Positions 12,701-24,729 of a DNA stretch of 64,000 nucleotides are shown here, piece after piece (the first letter of the stretch is position 1; every line of letters begins with the position of its first letter). This stretch comes from Fimbriosthenelais zetlandica (taxonomy: Eukaryota): contig OZ365110.1 of NCBI GenBank assembly GCA_977030845.1, positions 44,578,001-44,642,000 on the forward strand, given 5' to 3'. Both the position numbers and the translations under genes were made by a program. The notes under the pieces are model-generated. The model was not told where the DNA came from and made no database searches. It saw only the letters and a list, made by a program, of their open reading frames with translations.

Positions 12701-15700
12701 TACATGAAATTTTAGTCAATGGAGATGTAAATTATGCATTGTGATTGATCCTCTACTGTGACTATGACAGGCTGACCACGGGCATCACGATCCACATACA
12801 GACGCCAAAAGTGACATGTTTATAATTGATAACATTGGTTCAGGTCACATTGATCTTGTCTGCACCCATTGACTTTTTCCTCTCATGAATGACAGTCAAT
12901 GCCACTGACTGGCCTATGAATGACAGACAGGTCGCCAAAATAAAGGCAATTGTTAACAGACAGGCCCCAATGTATTGTCACGTAGTTCAAAGATCATGAT
13001 TAAACAAGATAATGGAGAGGCTATACATGTGGAATCATCACTCAGAAATATGCATGCGATCTGGAACAATGTTTAAAAAACATCCTAATATGCCTGCAAA
13101 AAGAATCTAAATGGGAAACTTATATGGACAGGAAAATTGGGAATTAAATGAAATCTCTTACCAAAGCATAGAAATCAGTGTTGGCAAAAGCCCGGGTTTT
13201 ATTGGTTTAGCACAGCCCAGTGGGCAAAACCCGGGTTTAACCAGGTAAAACCGGGTTTTACTGGGTTTTACTGTGTTTTACCTGGGTACAACTGGGCAAT
13301 ATATAGGTCTCAGTAGTAGTGAGTCTGTACATGTGGCACATCTGCGTAAGCAAAACAACCACATGATTATTAATAATAACCATTTAGTGCTATAAATCTC
13401 TACATGCGAAATAATTATGTTTGTGTAGATCCATTTTTTGCCTTTGATTCCATCTTAACCATTTGGAAGCAGACGGTTTGAACGTCGTGGGTCAGAAATC
13501 AATTATCAAAGGAGGTGGGACATTATGTCTAGCCTTGAGTTGGGTCTAGTTGGTTCACTAGCTAGTAGCTTGCTTAATAGGTGGGTGTTCAAGATTGGTG
13601 GGGAACGGAGAACAATAGGAGACACGAGATATAGCTTGTACCCCCTCCCACATACAATCCCTCTCCTTCTTGGGCCAACATTCGGACACTTCAAGTTTAG
13701 CGGCACATCCCGTCCACTTTCCGGGGGAGAGCCCGGTCCCCACCCCTGCCCCCACCCAACCCCCGGGAGGGGTTGGATTCTGTCCACACTTATTACCTTT
13801 TAGTAGCAGTCTTATGCCATATTATATGGAGTTATCTGATGCTGAATGTAGTTAGAAAGCCCAAAAAAAGTGCAATTAAGAATTGAGTTTTCCCCGGTTT
13901 TCCCCAGTTTTGCCCAATGGGGGGTTTTCCCCACCCGGTTTAAACCAGGGGTTTAACCCGAGATTAAACCGGAGGCGGGCAAAACTTGCCAACACTGATA
14001 GAAATGGATGAATAATTGTTCAAGAGGAAGTTAGAGAAAATTCGTATTTTTTTTTAGGTACCTCACCTTGTGACCGAGGGACCAAAGTTAGGATTCACTT
14101 GGATTTGAGCGTGGAGCCAGTCTATGGCTTCTGTAGCTGAGAAACAGTCTTCATATGATTTCATATAGCGCCGATGTCTGCTGGTTGGCATGCCATTCCT
14201 GAACGTCCGAATTGCCTCATTCCACTGAAGACGAAAAAAGAATCAAGCTTTAAGAAAAAAATATATAAGGCAAAAGCCGCAAAATATATGCTAGCGCTGA
14301 ATAGGAGATTTTTTGCGTTCAAAATGTGAATAGGTTAGTTTTATACATTGTCTAAAAGCTCGGCATTGTTTGATATTTGTTAAATACATGTATACCGGTA
14401 TTCACTTGTCGATCAATGAATGGACTAAAATTCATTTCAACTACACATTGTCCATGTACAGTACATAGGAACTGTACTAAACTACTATTGAAATTTTGTT
14501 GGTATCCAATGGTGGATAGTTAGCTGCTTAAACAAACAAAAGGTTTTCAAAGGTTTTAAGCCAGTGGCTTCTAATTAGGAAAGGTATAAAATTTGTAGAT
14601 TTGACAGGTGTTAAGACCCTAGCCATTGTCTCTCAAAGAATTGAGGACACCAAAACTGTGAATGTAAAACACACTGAACGTGGCCTGGATAAAAGAACAA
14701 TAGGACATTAAAGGTTCAGGCATTACCTGAAGGGAAACAATAGATGAATGGGTTGGCAAACGACAGTGATGTCGGTTAATGAGGATTAAATAGGGTATTA
14801 TGTTCTGTGCTTGGGGTGGGAAATGTAAGATATCGGGATGAATAAAAACTTGCAGATCGGAGGAAATGATTATTAAATCATCATTTACTTTCATTAACAG
14901 GTATCCTACATAAAATAATATATTATATGTTATCAGTCCAGGTTACATTTTATTTTTTGTAAAATAGAAATATTTGGGATCATGTTTCCTTACATTCTAC
15001 CAAATAATTCTATGGTAATTTTGTCAACATTGTAGGCTTCAGATGAACCTGTCTCGTTTAAAGAAATGTCAGGTCAATCTGATGCCACAAAGACCAACTG
15101 TTAAGAGGCGGGTCAGTTGAATAATGATGAGGGATAGCAAGCATTCTTCGTTAAGGACTGTTGATTATAGGATACAAGCCACAGACACTGACAGCTTGTT
15201 GAAGCTATAATCACTCCGATATTATTTAAAGGGGTAATGTGTGCACCCCATATGGCAGGTGGAAAACAGGAAGCGGACCCAGGGTGGGGTTGGATAGGGG
15301 GTGTTCAAACTTTCATGGTGGCAGCAAGGGAGGGGTGTGTGTGGCGGGTGCCATATCGTGACTAGGTCCAATAGAGCACTCATGGGTGGCCATTTGAAGC
15401 GTGATATACACATCGACTTCAACATGCATGTAATTTATACAAGGCCTATTAAACAATATGGACACAATATTATAATACGCTTTAAAAAGTGTAACACAAG
15501 CCATTCAATTCATGTTATCTTATGATAGGCCTAGGCTACCCGATATCGATAGAGCCATTGGCATCGCAAGTTAGTTCTACCCCAAATATTGACTCCTTCA
15601 ATAGCAAGATACAATTTTCTTATAAAATGAGAAGGGTATGAATAATTTAGGGCACAACTGTACATCAACCCATTCTGTAGCCTATTTAGTATAAAATCTG

Positions 15701-16669
15701 ACATGAAAAAAGTGAAGAGAAAATTATTAAAGAAACAATGACAGATTGTCATGTTCCGATCCATGATAATGTGGTTTATATTATCTAAAATCTATTAACC
15801 ATTGCCTACGTAAGTTTTTTCTGTTTATAAATGCCACATAATTAATTAACGGTAATGAATATCTCAATCTAGGTCAACTGTAACAACGAATCCTCAGCTG
15901 AAATATAAGTTAATGTATTACATGTACTTGTACTTGTAGGCTACTACTAGGCTTTAGAACTAGCCTATATATTTAGGTCTAAGCTAGTAAATGGTGTAAA
16001 AAATCAAATTGGGCATTTAGGGTACCTAAAATATTTATTTTAAATTAAAATGAATACTATCTACTCATTATCTAGACTAGATCTATAATAGTATAATTAT
16101 TATAGTCTATATTATTACCGGTACTATTTAATTTTAGGCTTACAAATCACGGTAGATCTAGGCCAATATGAAATTTATAATAAATAACTTGTGGTAAAGC
16201 ATTAATACCCATAAGTAACATAGACACATTTTTTTTCATTAGGCAGGTTTATATTCTTTGACTTAGCATAGCCTACTATAGTAGGCCGACCGTAGCCGGC
16301 GGCTGTGCCCGGGGCCTCAGCCCAGGCACTGCCGGGGGAGGCAGGTCATTTTCTCCGTCATCTCCTCTGTATCATGTTCATAGAAAGGAAACAGGTCGCA
16401 GGATAAAATAAAACTTTCCAAATACGACTCGAGAGGAAGATTCGCGTCCCATATGAGGATTGTCTGTACTAACATATAAAGCATCTATGAGTGGAACAGA
16501 AAGGCTGGAACGAAGGACATGTGTGAGGCGGGAGCAAGGCCATGAGGTGGAGCGGGCACCTGCAGGCTGCTCGGAGGCAGGTTGTGGAATGTTATCAGTG
16601 AAATTTCCGAATACTTACCAGTCTCGTAGCCCTGTAGGGCCCGATATGTGTAGAGTCCTTTTGCTGCAT
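3752..16669 (-). CDS. DEPDC1: DEP domain-containing protein 1 (DEPDC1/DEPDC1B co-ortholog, DEP + RhoGAP-like), about 939 aa. Exons 16669-16619, 14224-14067, 9880-9773, 9515-9261, 8977-8847, 8740-8693, 8506-8366, 8198-6939, 6159-5990, 5802-5686, 5419-5360, 4227-4051, 3895-3752
   Basis: All 13 exons splice in phase. Family motifs include GPYRATRLWNE, EAIDWL, LPHWVLTAMRCLAHWP, CCLLMPPPNRRKLHLL, LQTFTRCI, DFDEVLSLRLV and EKKRRLKRFQKCHPEIY. Confidence 0.93.
12086..12207 (-). CDS. Candidate alternative first coding exon of DEPDC1 (MSLRLWRSCCCSSSASGVSRCHSNRHKPKLNGHFVRRNYSR)
   Basis: ATG at 12207 with an in-frame upstream TGA, 40 open codons plus 2 nt, and a strong GTAAGC donor whose phase 2 matches DEPDC1 exon 3. 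The stretch is more GC-rich than the surrounding intron. Confidence 0.5.
13176..13997. mobile_element. Non-autonomous hAT-superfamily DNA transposon (MITE-like), 822 bp
   Basis: TIR CAGTGTTGGCAA / TTGCCAACACTG, perfect 8-bp TSD ATAGAAAT (13168-13175 and 13998-14005), and subterminal arrays of AAAACCCGGG/CCGGTTT-like motifs at both ends. No transposase ORF. Confidence 0.9.
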
Positions 16670-16739
16670 GGTATCCGACTATCCTTTCGCAGTCTGTATT
16701 GATGGTTTTATCACATAATTTTCATTCTTTCAGCTTCTC

Positions 16740-16950
16740 TTTCACTCTGTTGTTTTGAATCTTGCGCTTGTTTAGGATGTTCAAAATGGGTGCGCGAGTC
16801 TGATTGGTCAACCGGTTAGCGGTGGGAGCTGGAATGTGATTGGGCAAAATATTAACCAATGGAATCACTGGAACGGTTCACTGCACGCTGCAACATGGCC
16901 GCCAGATGTTTACAAACTAAGTGAACAGACGAATTTACACCTTTTGTAGG
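16740..16950. promoter_or_regulatory. Bidirectional promoter DEPDC1 / FBXW9
   Basis: Divergent genes. CCAAT boxes at 16803-16807, 16839-16843 and 16856-16860, CHR-like TTTGAA at 16754-16759 and 16780-16785 (minus strand), YY1-like AACATGGCCGCC near 16892, and a plus-strand donor near 16950 for an FBXW9 5' UTR exon. Confidence 0.65.
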
Positions 16951-17499
16951 TAAGTTGTATACTCTTATATGCTATCTTCTATCTACTTCTTTGTTTCTTA
17001 TCACTTTCTCATCTATAATGGACAGAATTACCTCGGGAACAATTTTAACCTTAAAATATATTGAAGAACCCTGATATTTCGCTAGACGTTCCCTGTTTCT
17101 TGTGTATTTTGCCTTGGTTTGGGCCTGGCCTACCTTCATATCTGATGATATCAAGCTTGAAGTTGGATATTATGACTCACATCTAATTGTGGAAACTGAG
17201 TAGGCTAGGCCTAACCTATTCCATATCTTGATGTTTAAAAGTTTAGCTTATATTAAAACAAAAATTTGCAATTCACATTATGTTATATTGTATGAATCCA
17301 AGAAATTCAATAGAACCATAGCATAGCCATACATAGGCATAGTCTATGTCTATGATTAAGCTATTATTAGTAGTATTAATATAAAATTCTTTTTTAAACT
17401 TTCAGTTTTTGGACGAACGTACTTCCAAGTTTATTGACCATTCCAATCCTATTCTTCAATCTGTGACAACTGAGAAAAAGACCTTAGGCTACTTTTCCC

Positions 17500-19770
17500 A
17501 TGGATAAAAGTAGTGTGAACAAATCTCCAGAGTTGGAGACCTCACACGACAATGACAGTCAGGAAGAACATTCACCTGAGCAGAGCAGTGCCAGTGCCAG
17601 TGACGAGAACAAAATCACATTGGACCAGCTGCCATCAGAAATGCTCTTACACATTTGTTCATTCCTTGATGCAAAGACTGTACTCGAGAGATTAGCCCAG
17701 GCATGTCGTGCTTTCCACCAACTGATGAACGATCCTTTCTTCTGGAAATTTCGGATCAAGAAACGATGGCCAAAAAGATACCCAGCAATTCCAGGTAGAA
17801 AAAACTACGAGTTCGAGGGTTTCTTTAATGGTGGAGGGATTGAAATTTATTTTTTGATTAATGATCAATTTTCTAGGAATTAATAATATTATGTGAATTT
17901 CTTTTAAGTAAATGAGGTAGACTTTGACTGGAAGACAGCTTGCATGTCAAGAGAAGAGGAATATCGTCGATGGAAGAATCACGATGAAGAAATGAATTAC
18001 TTTAGTTTCCAAGAGGGGATCTTTGCTCCTGTAGATTCAGTGAAAATAATGGAAGTAAGTTTCGTAACAGGAAATCATTGAAACAAAGAAAAAATTGAAT
18101 TTGGTCCATGATTACGTTGTCATTTAAAAATGAGTGCCGTGAATTTGTTCCAAGGTTTAAAAAATATATTTAAATGTACCGGTACTTTAAAAAGATCACT
18201 GTTATTGCAGGGAGCTGCTCATGTCGCAATCGGATCTCGTGACCGTTATCTAAACGTGATTGACTTAAGAAAGTTGGATCCCGATGCTCCCGATGGAAAT
18301 GTGAAGAATGCTTCAGTCTTTACAAAAATGGACGCTCATAAGGTACCAGTCACACCCCATTAGAAAACATGATATATAATCTATTTAAAAAATAGAATAT
18401 TATGTATATCTAAGGAATATATTACCTATTTCACCTTGAAAATGAAATGTTTGCTTTATCACTTATACAATATTTGGGATGTCCCCAAAACAGATTGTCA
18501 CCTGAAATAGTTTTATTACAGGGTTGGATTTGGTCGATGGCCTCTCTGGATGGGCTCTTAGCTACCGGATCATGGGACACCTTTATAAAATTCTGGGACA
18601 TAGAAGCTGGTGGACAGGAGATAAGGAAAGTCAAGTGAGTGGATCACTTATGGGTTACATGTATTGAAAATGTTTTCACCAAAGAAAATGCATTTATACG
18701 ATAGAGTTACAGGGCATTTAAATAGTTTTTTTTTTCAATAAAATTGTCACAATCTCTTTTCAGATGTAAATCTGCTGTCCTGTCTATGTACTATGAACCA
18801 CAGTTCATGGTTGCCGGCGGATTTGACAAGAAAGTATATCACATTGATCCCCGGAGTGCAACAGTAATCGCAGAGAAGCGTTTCCATAAGAAGTCGGTGT
18901 TGGATGTGACTGCCAATGACAAGTTTATCATTACCGCCAGTGAAGATTCAACCATAGCCGTCTATGATAGAAGGGCTGATGCTGTCATCAAAACCCTTGA
19001 GGTTAGCTGAATAGTTTAATATTTTATTTTATAAGTGAGATATTATAAATTTAGATTAAATTAAAAAAAAGTTGTTCATGAAAATCAATAGGACCTTCAC
19101 TCTTTCAGTTGGCAGAATTCCCCATGAGTATGTCTTTCTACTCAAACCAGCTGTGGGTCGGGGACAAGGCAGGCCTTTTACACCTGATAGATGCTAATGA
19201 TGGAGACTTTGACATTGTAGAGGTAAGAACAATAAGTTAACAATGAAGAAAGTTGCCATGGTAGTTAAATAATGCCTTTCAATAGATGCACTCCAAACGC
19301 TGAAACAACAGACCTTGACGTCTCTGTTTTCAGTCCCTTTTCTCCACGAGTTGTTTCAATACTTGTATAACGGTTATATGTTTCTTGTGATTAAAATGCA
19401 TCTAAATGGCTACTATTTTCAGACATATAACGTTGGCCACACAGGTAAGATTACAGGAGTTCACCAAACAGAAGGCGCCCTATTCACATGTTCAACTGAC
19501 AAAACTGTACAGGTTCTGGAGCCCAGTGCTGACCCAGCCCCCATAACAACCCTGAAAAAACACCGAGCAGAAGTAGCCCGTGTATGTATAAATCCAATCC
19601 TAACCAGTCTATAATTTTACTAGCTTTAAACATTTCCATTTGAAGAATTGTACTAATTTAGTAAATAACTCCCGTCATCTTTTCAGATCGACTATTTGAA
19701 AGGCGTTTTGGTGAGTGGAAGCAGTGATGCTTCCATAGGGATCTGGCTGCCCAAAACATTCCCATCGTAA
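17500..19770 (+). CDS. FBXW9: F-box/WD repeat-containing protein 9. Exons 17500-17794, 17921-18054, 18211-18342, 18522-18634, 18764-19001, 19109-19222, 19423-19581, 19687-19770
   Basis: F-box LDQLPSEMLLHICSFLD followed by WD40 repeats (GSRDR, GWIWSM, LATGSWDTFIKFWD, TASEDSTIAVYDRR). Exon phases are consistent. Confidence 0.85.
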
Positions 19771-21218
19771 TCCACCGATGACCCAAGACAGAAGGATACC
19801 AAATTTGTATGATTTATTAAGCGGTGTAATTTACCGTGTATCTAAAGGCTCATACATGTACTAAACTATACACTCGAGAAACTTCAGTTCACCGTCAACT
19901 AGAAGATATATTATTCTGAATGATTTATATTCTAATATTATAATTATTTATGCCAGATGACTTTCATTAATACACAATTATACCCAGTGATTAGTGATCT
20001 TCCTAACCAAAATCTTAATGTAAAATGGGGTGAAGTGTTGTCTATTGGTGTTGTGGAGTCCGCATTTAACACTGCTTGGTCTAATAATGCGTGTACCGAC
20101 ATGTGTCGCTGTTTTTATGTACTCATTTTAAAAGTACTTGTATGTACTAAAAAAAAAGATCTGATGTCCCAGTGCATTAGTGTCAAATGTGATGACATTT
20201 TGCACTTGTGTATTAACTGCCTTTTAAATTGTCACTGAAACGCCGTACATTCACTGTGATATGTAGACGAGAGCATGTAACAACGACACGTGGAATCATT
20301 GCCTTCCTAGCGTCAATTACCAACTCGAAATAAATAAAATCAAAATTCAATTGGTATTTCTTTTTCATAGACACAAGCTTCCCGAATTTTTCCTATCGCT
20401 TAGCAATACCAAGATCTGTTAAACAATATTGTAAGTCTTTATTGTGCTGACCAGACATACCCCATATATTTTTTTTGCATAATTGAAAAAGAAACCTATT
20501 CAAAACTTTGGCCCCTTGGTATCTTTGTAACAGGACAATACATAGAAACTTACGCTATAGTTCTTCCTATTTGGAGAGTACAATAATTTTAATTGCTAAG
20601 ACTAAAAAGCACCTCGTTACTGTTTGAGATTCAGATCATAGAGAAAGGAGCTATCACCATTACAATCTACTAAGTTGTTTCTGAACATTACGAAAACTGT
20701 GGCCTGTATAGTTGTTACAATGAACTGAATAATCCTAAAAAGGCATAATTTTGTGTGGCTAATACAGTGTGGAAGACTACAATGCAACACAAATATCAGC
20801 TGTCCATTATGACATACTAGTGTAAGAAATTAGTATGGGTCTAATAAGTCTTGCATCTTATCGAATATTATTCATCACAAACAATAGCGTCTCAAAACAG
20901 TAAATTAATTTCTGGATCGCACAAAGTTACAACAAATTGGACCTTTAGTCGAATGGTTCTTGGTCCCATTTGGTCCTTGACTGTATATTGATACAGTTCA
21001 ACTTGAGATTAAATATAGGCCTATGTGCGTGTAATACAAGTAAAAAATATTCTAAACCCATGACTAAACCATCATAAAATGACGAAAAAAGATCTGTAAA
21101 CCCACATTAAAGTATTGTGTGGAAGGCAAAATATGGAAACATTACGCAATATTAATATCACTGACTAGATAATTCAACATGAGTATTGATAACGTAAAGT
21201 GTGAGGCTGACTTAGGTT

Positions 21219-23902
21219 CTACTCAAAATGCTGTATGACCTTTGGCCATTCTTCCCTGGGCCATTCTCCGTTAGGCCTGACGTTGGGAGGGCTTCTCTTC
21301 CAGTCCCAAGTAGTAATAGGCTCAAACCAGTTCTTACCATAATTAGCTTCTATGTAAGATTCAGTCTCACATGGAATTCTTATTTTCATGTCTAAGAACT
21401 CTGTCCAGCAGAGTGTGAATTTTGGAAAGAAGTACCTGAAAAAAACCAGAATAATTTGATCATAAAATATATGGACTCGTATAAAATATCACTGTAGGAA
21501 ATGACACAATTATGAAGTGCTCTTGAATTGAATTTTCAAAACTTACAAAGGTGTGAATCTTCATTTCTATATATGAAGAAATTCATTATTACGGGACTCA
21601 CTTGAATTTCTTTCCTGTTCGGGCTTGTGTACCACCATTCCACATGTGATCTTTTTCCTCATAAAAGAAAAACACGTCCAATTTTACGTCACCTCCGTAA
21701 AATGACAATTCATAGCTATCTTCTGGCTGCAATGAAATTTATAACTGATATGAATAATGAAAGTATATAATTTAAATTTTTATTTTAGATTCAATATCTT
21801 ATAGTTAATTAAGAAAAACAAAAATAGAGAAACAAAGATATATATTACATGTACTTACCTTTCCAAATATATGTTTAAGGGGCATGCCTGTCATTTGAAA
21901 TGCAGGCATGAGCCTAACATCGTAATCTTTTATCCATACACCAAGATCAATATCACGACTGTAGGGAATGATGTCACACTGTCTAAACCAACCTGTGGTA
22001 AAAAAAGAAAGATATTAACTAATCCCTCGCGAAAGTTTAAAAGAAATCCGCCACTCATGATTTTCGGCCCGTTTCCCCCCCTTGTGGTAAGAATCAGCTC
22101 ACGAAGAACAACTTCTCGTTATTTTCCATATAAGTAGTTAGGAATCGATTTAGACAGCCTTTGCAGTAATACATAACAAATGTTTGGAATATTGCACATT
22201 TTTTCCATGGCAAACGCAATTGTTTAGTAATCTTTATGTAATCTTTATGTGGGGTAACTATAATTGGGGAAAAATTACAATGATATTAACAATTGAAATT
22301 ATTACAAGTTTCTAACAAGCCATAAAGAGTACAAATGTTCTAGTTAAGGTAAAATGATCAGATTTTTATTTTATTGGTAGGGCAATTCCACTATAAAAAT
22401 CGAAAGATGATTGAAATATATAAAGCCGTAACCAACCTAGACATGTTCCACTACTCATCCAGAACCTAATATCTAACTCGTCCAGGGTTTTCTTGGCGGA
22501 CGCCAGAAGTGCCCGCGCTGCCTTTCTAAATGCCATTGCTTCTTCACTCGTATCTTGGCCATACTTAGAAGAGAATAATTTTGCCCTGGTATGGTTGCAT
22601 TCAATAAATCTTGATTGTGGAATCTGTCGTAGAAATAATTTTGGATATCTAGGCGCATGTAGCTGGATGTCGTCCATTTTGACTTTGACTACATCCATTC
22701 TGCAATGCAAAAAGGTGACGTACATGTCATGGTATAGAATAGGGCTCGGATATTCCTAACTATTTTTTCAAAAATTCATAAGCAAAAGGGAATCTTACTT
22801 GTCGTACGCGCTTGCAGCTTTGCCAAATTTCAGGAGAGATGGATCAACCATCAAATCTTCAGCATCACTGGGACGAATCTGACCAGCAAGTGGTCCGTGC
22901 CACCAGAAGCCACCGTCCCGTTCATAGAAGACCACCAGATGGATGGTGTGACCACCACGAATAAACATATAGTGAGTGGGCACCTCAGGTGCGCGGAGAG
23001 AATTAATATTGCTCTGCTGCGGGTGCCTATCAGTCACAGTGATAGTGTCAAAGCCCAACTGATGAAGCTCACTCAAAACTTCAGCCTGTCGGAAGGTAAG
23101 GGATTTAATTAGAAATAGTGAATAAAATTTCAAATGAGTTGAAACTAAAAATGATTATTTATCCAGAAATTCACAAATTGTAATGTATTAACCGTTTTAA
23201 ATTGGATTACCTGAGGTTTCAATTGCGAAGCCAATACTCCTAAAGCGGTATTTGTATCCATTGTGCACAAATATTTGCATTTAGATGATGTGTGTCTCGT
23301 CACATTGCTCATGATGGATTCCAGGATTGGGGGGTCTATTAGGAAGACTGGTATTTTTAGCCGGTCACACAGGGAGGCGATTGTCTTGATATTGGACTGA
23401 AATAAAATTCGTCTTTCACATACACTCCAAATATTTTTTAAACACCTCAAAATAGTGACAGATTTTTCACCTGACATTAATAAATTTGATAATCTTTGAC
23501 TATCTGAATGAAGAGGTACCGTAACTGCTTACATAAGATCGCCCAGGAAGTTTATTCTCCGATGGTTGCTGTGCGGCCATTCCTAAGAATGGATTATCCT
23601 AGAAGTAGAATATAATATTAATAATTATATCAATAAATATGTCAACAAAATCCATGAAAGTTGTACGGTAACTTGCTCAGAACCGGAATTGCATTATGCA
23701 CATTTGTGAACTAATATGAAAAGAGATTGGAAAATGCCTATTTACTGGCCACTATTTTCTAATATTCAGATTTCAAAAATGGTTATTAAAATAAAACACT
23801 TACCATCCTCGACTTGGACACATACTTCACCACGTAAAGTTGAACGACCAGGAAAAACAAACTAAATATACCCAGCGCTATTATAATATGTATTTTCCTC
23901 AT
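21219..23902 (-). CDS. FKTN: Fukutin (ribitol-5-phosphate transferase, LicD family), 8 coding exons
   Basis: N-terminal type II membrane anchor ([20 protein letters not shown]), then [27 protein letters not shown] with a DxD motif, [10 protein letters not shown], and [30 protein letters not shown]. Confidence 0.95.
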
Positions 23903-24399
23903 TGATGTGGAATGATTTTGAGCAGAATGGAATGATTGTTTCGATTATTTATCCTGCTCAGGCTTCTGACTGTAACACTGCTCAGGCCTCAGTGCTTTAT
24001 CATTGACATTGGACGAGTAGGCCCACTGGCAATAGTCGTAGGTTTTGGTACTGCGGTAGGCCTAGGGTAATACCTAAATAATAAAGAATGTAAATTAGTT
24101 ACTTTCAGAACAGTCAGTCTGAATAAACTTTTATATGAAGTAAGTTTGATTTGCTTGAATGTACTATGTAGGGCCTAACATAGATAGTGTATCCATCCCT
24201 ATTCCAGGAACAGGGCCCGCTGGGTGGAGCCTGTGTAACCCTATAGAAGGGGCCGATCATATAGGATTGAATAGGCTAGGCCTAACAGTACAAGAGAACC
24301 CCTATTATCGCCCAGGTAGTAAATTCAGCCAAGATATTTGCTGATCTAATTCAGAAAAAGATATCAATAATACAATGTCAAGACCTCTAAGATTGTCCT

Positions 24400-24720
24400 T
24401 ACCTCAAGCGTTTCTTTGCGGTCAATATAAGTAGAAAATATTATTGTTTTTAGCTCATCTCCCAGTTATTTCATTTCTTTCATTCTGAGAAAGAACCTGA
24501 AGTGGAGCTAGCCCCATACATTTATACGCCAGTTTCGTACAACTTGGAGGGTCGCAGTAAATGATGTTAACGCGTTTTAACTACATTTATCGATATAATA
24601 AACAACTTAAATAATAGAAAATAAATAATAATAGAAGAGGTGACTTTATTCTAAAATTCTATTAATTTGGACGAATCAACTGTCTCCATAAATTTAGTGC
24701 GGATCGTTGTGTTGTGGCAG
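24400..24720. promoter_or_regulatory. Probable bidirectional promoter / 5' UTR region FKTN / SLC35E1
   Basis: Start codons diverge and lie 828 bp apart. A strong minus-strand donor (GAG|GTAAGG near 24402) suggests an FKTN 5' UTR exon, and a plus-strand acceptor at 24720 precedes the SLC35E1 ATG. Confidence 0.45.
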
Positions 24721-24729
24721 GATGTGGAG

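Noticed and set aside
13495-13805. Possible second element nested in the hAT MITE, with overlapping 92-93-aa ORFs
   Set aside because: The putative inverted ends match only patchily, no TSD was found, and the ORFs resemble no protein.
15123-15190. C/D-box-like pair ATGATGA...CTGA
   Set aside because: It is antisense to the host intron, the terminal stem is offset, and I could not recognise an rRNA-complementary guide.
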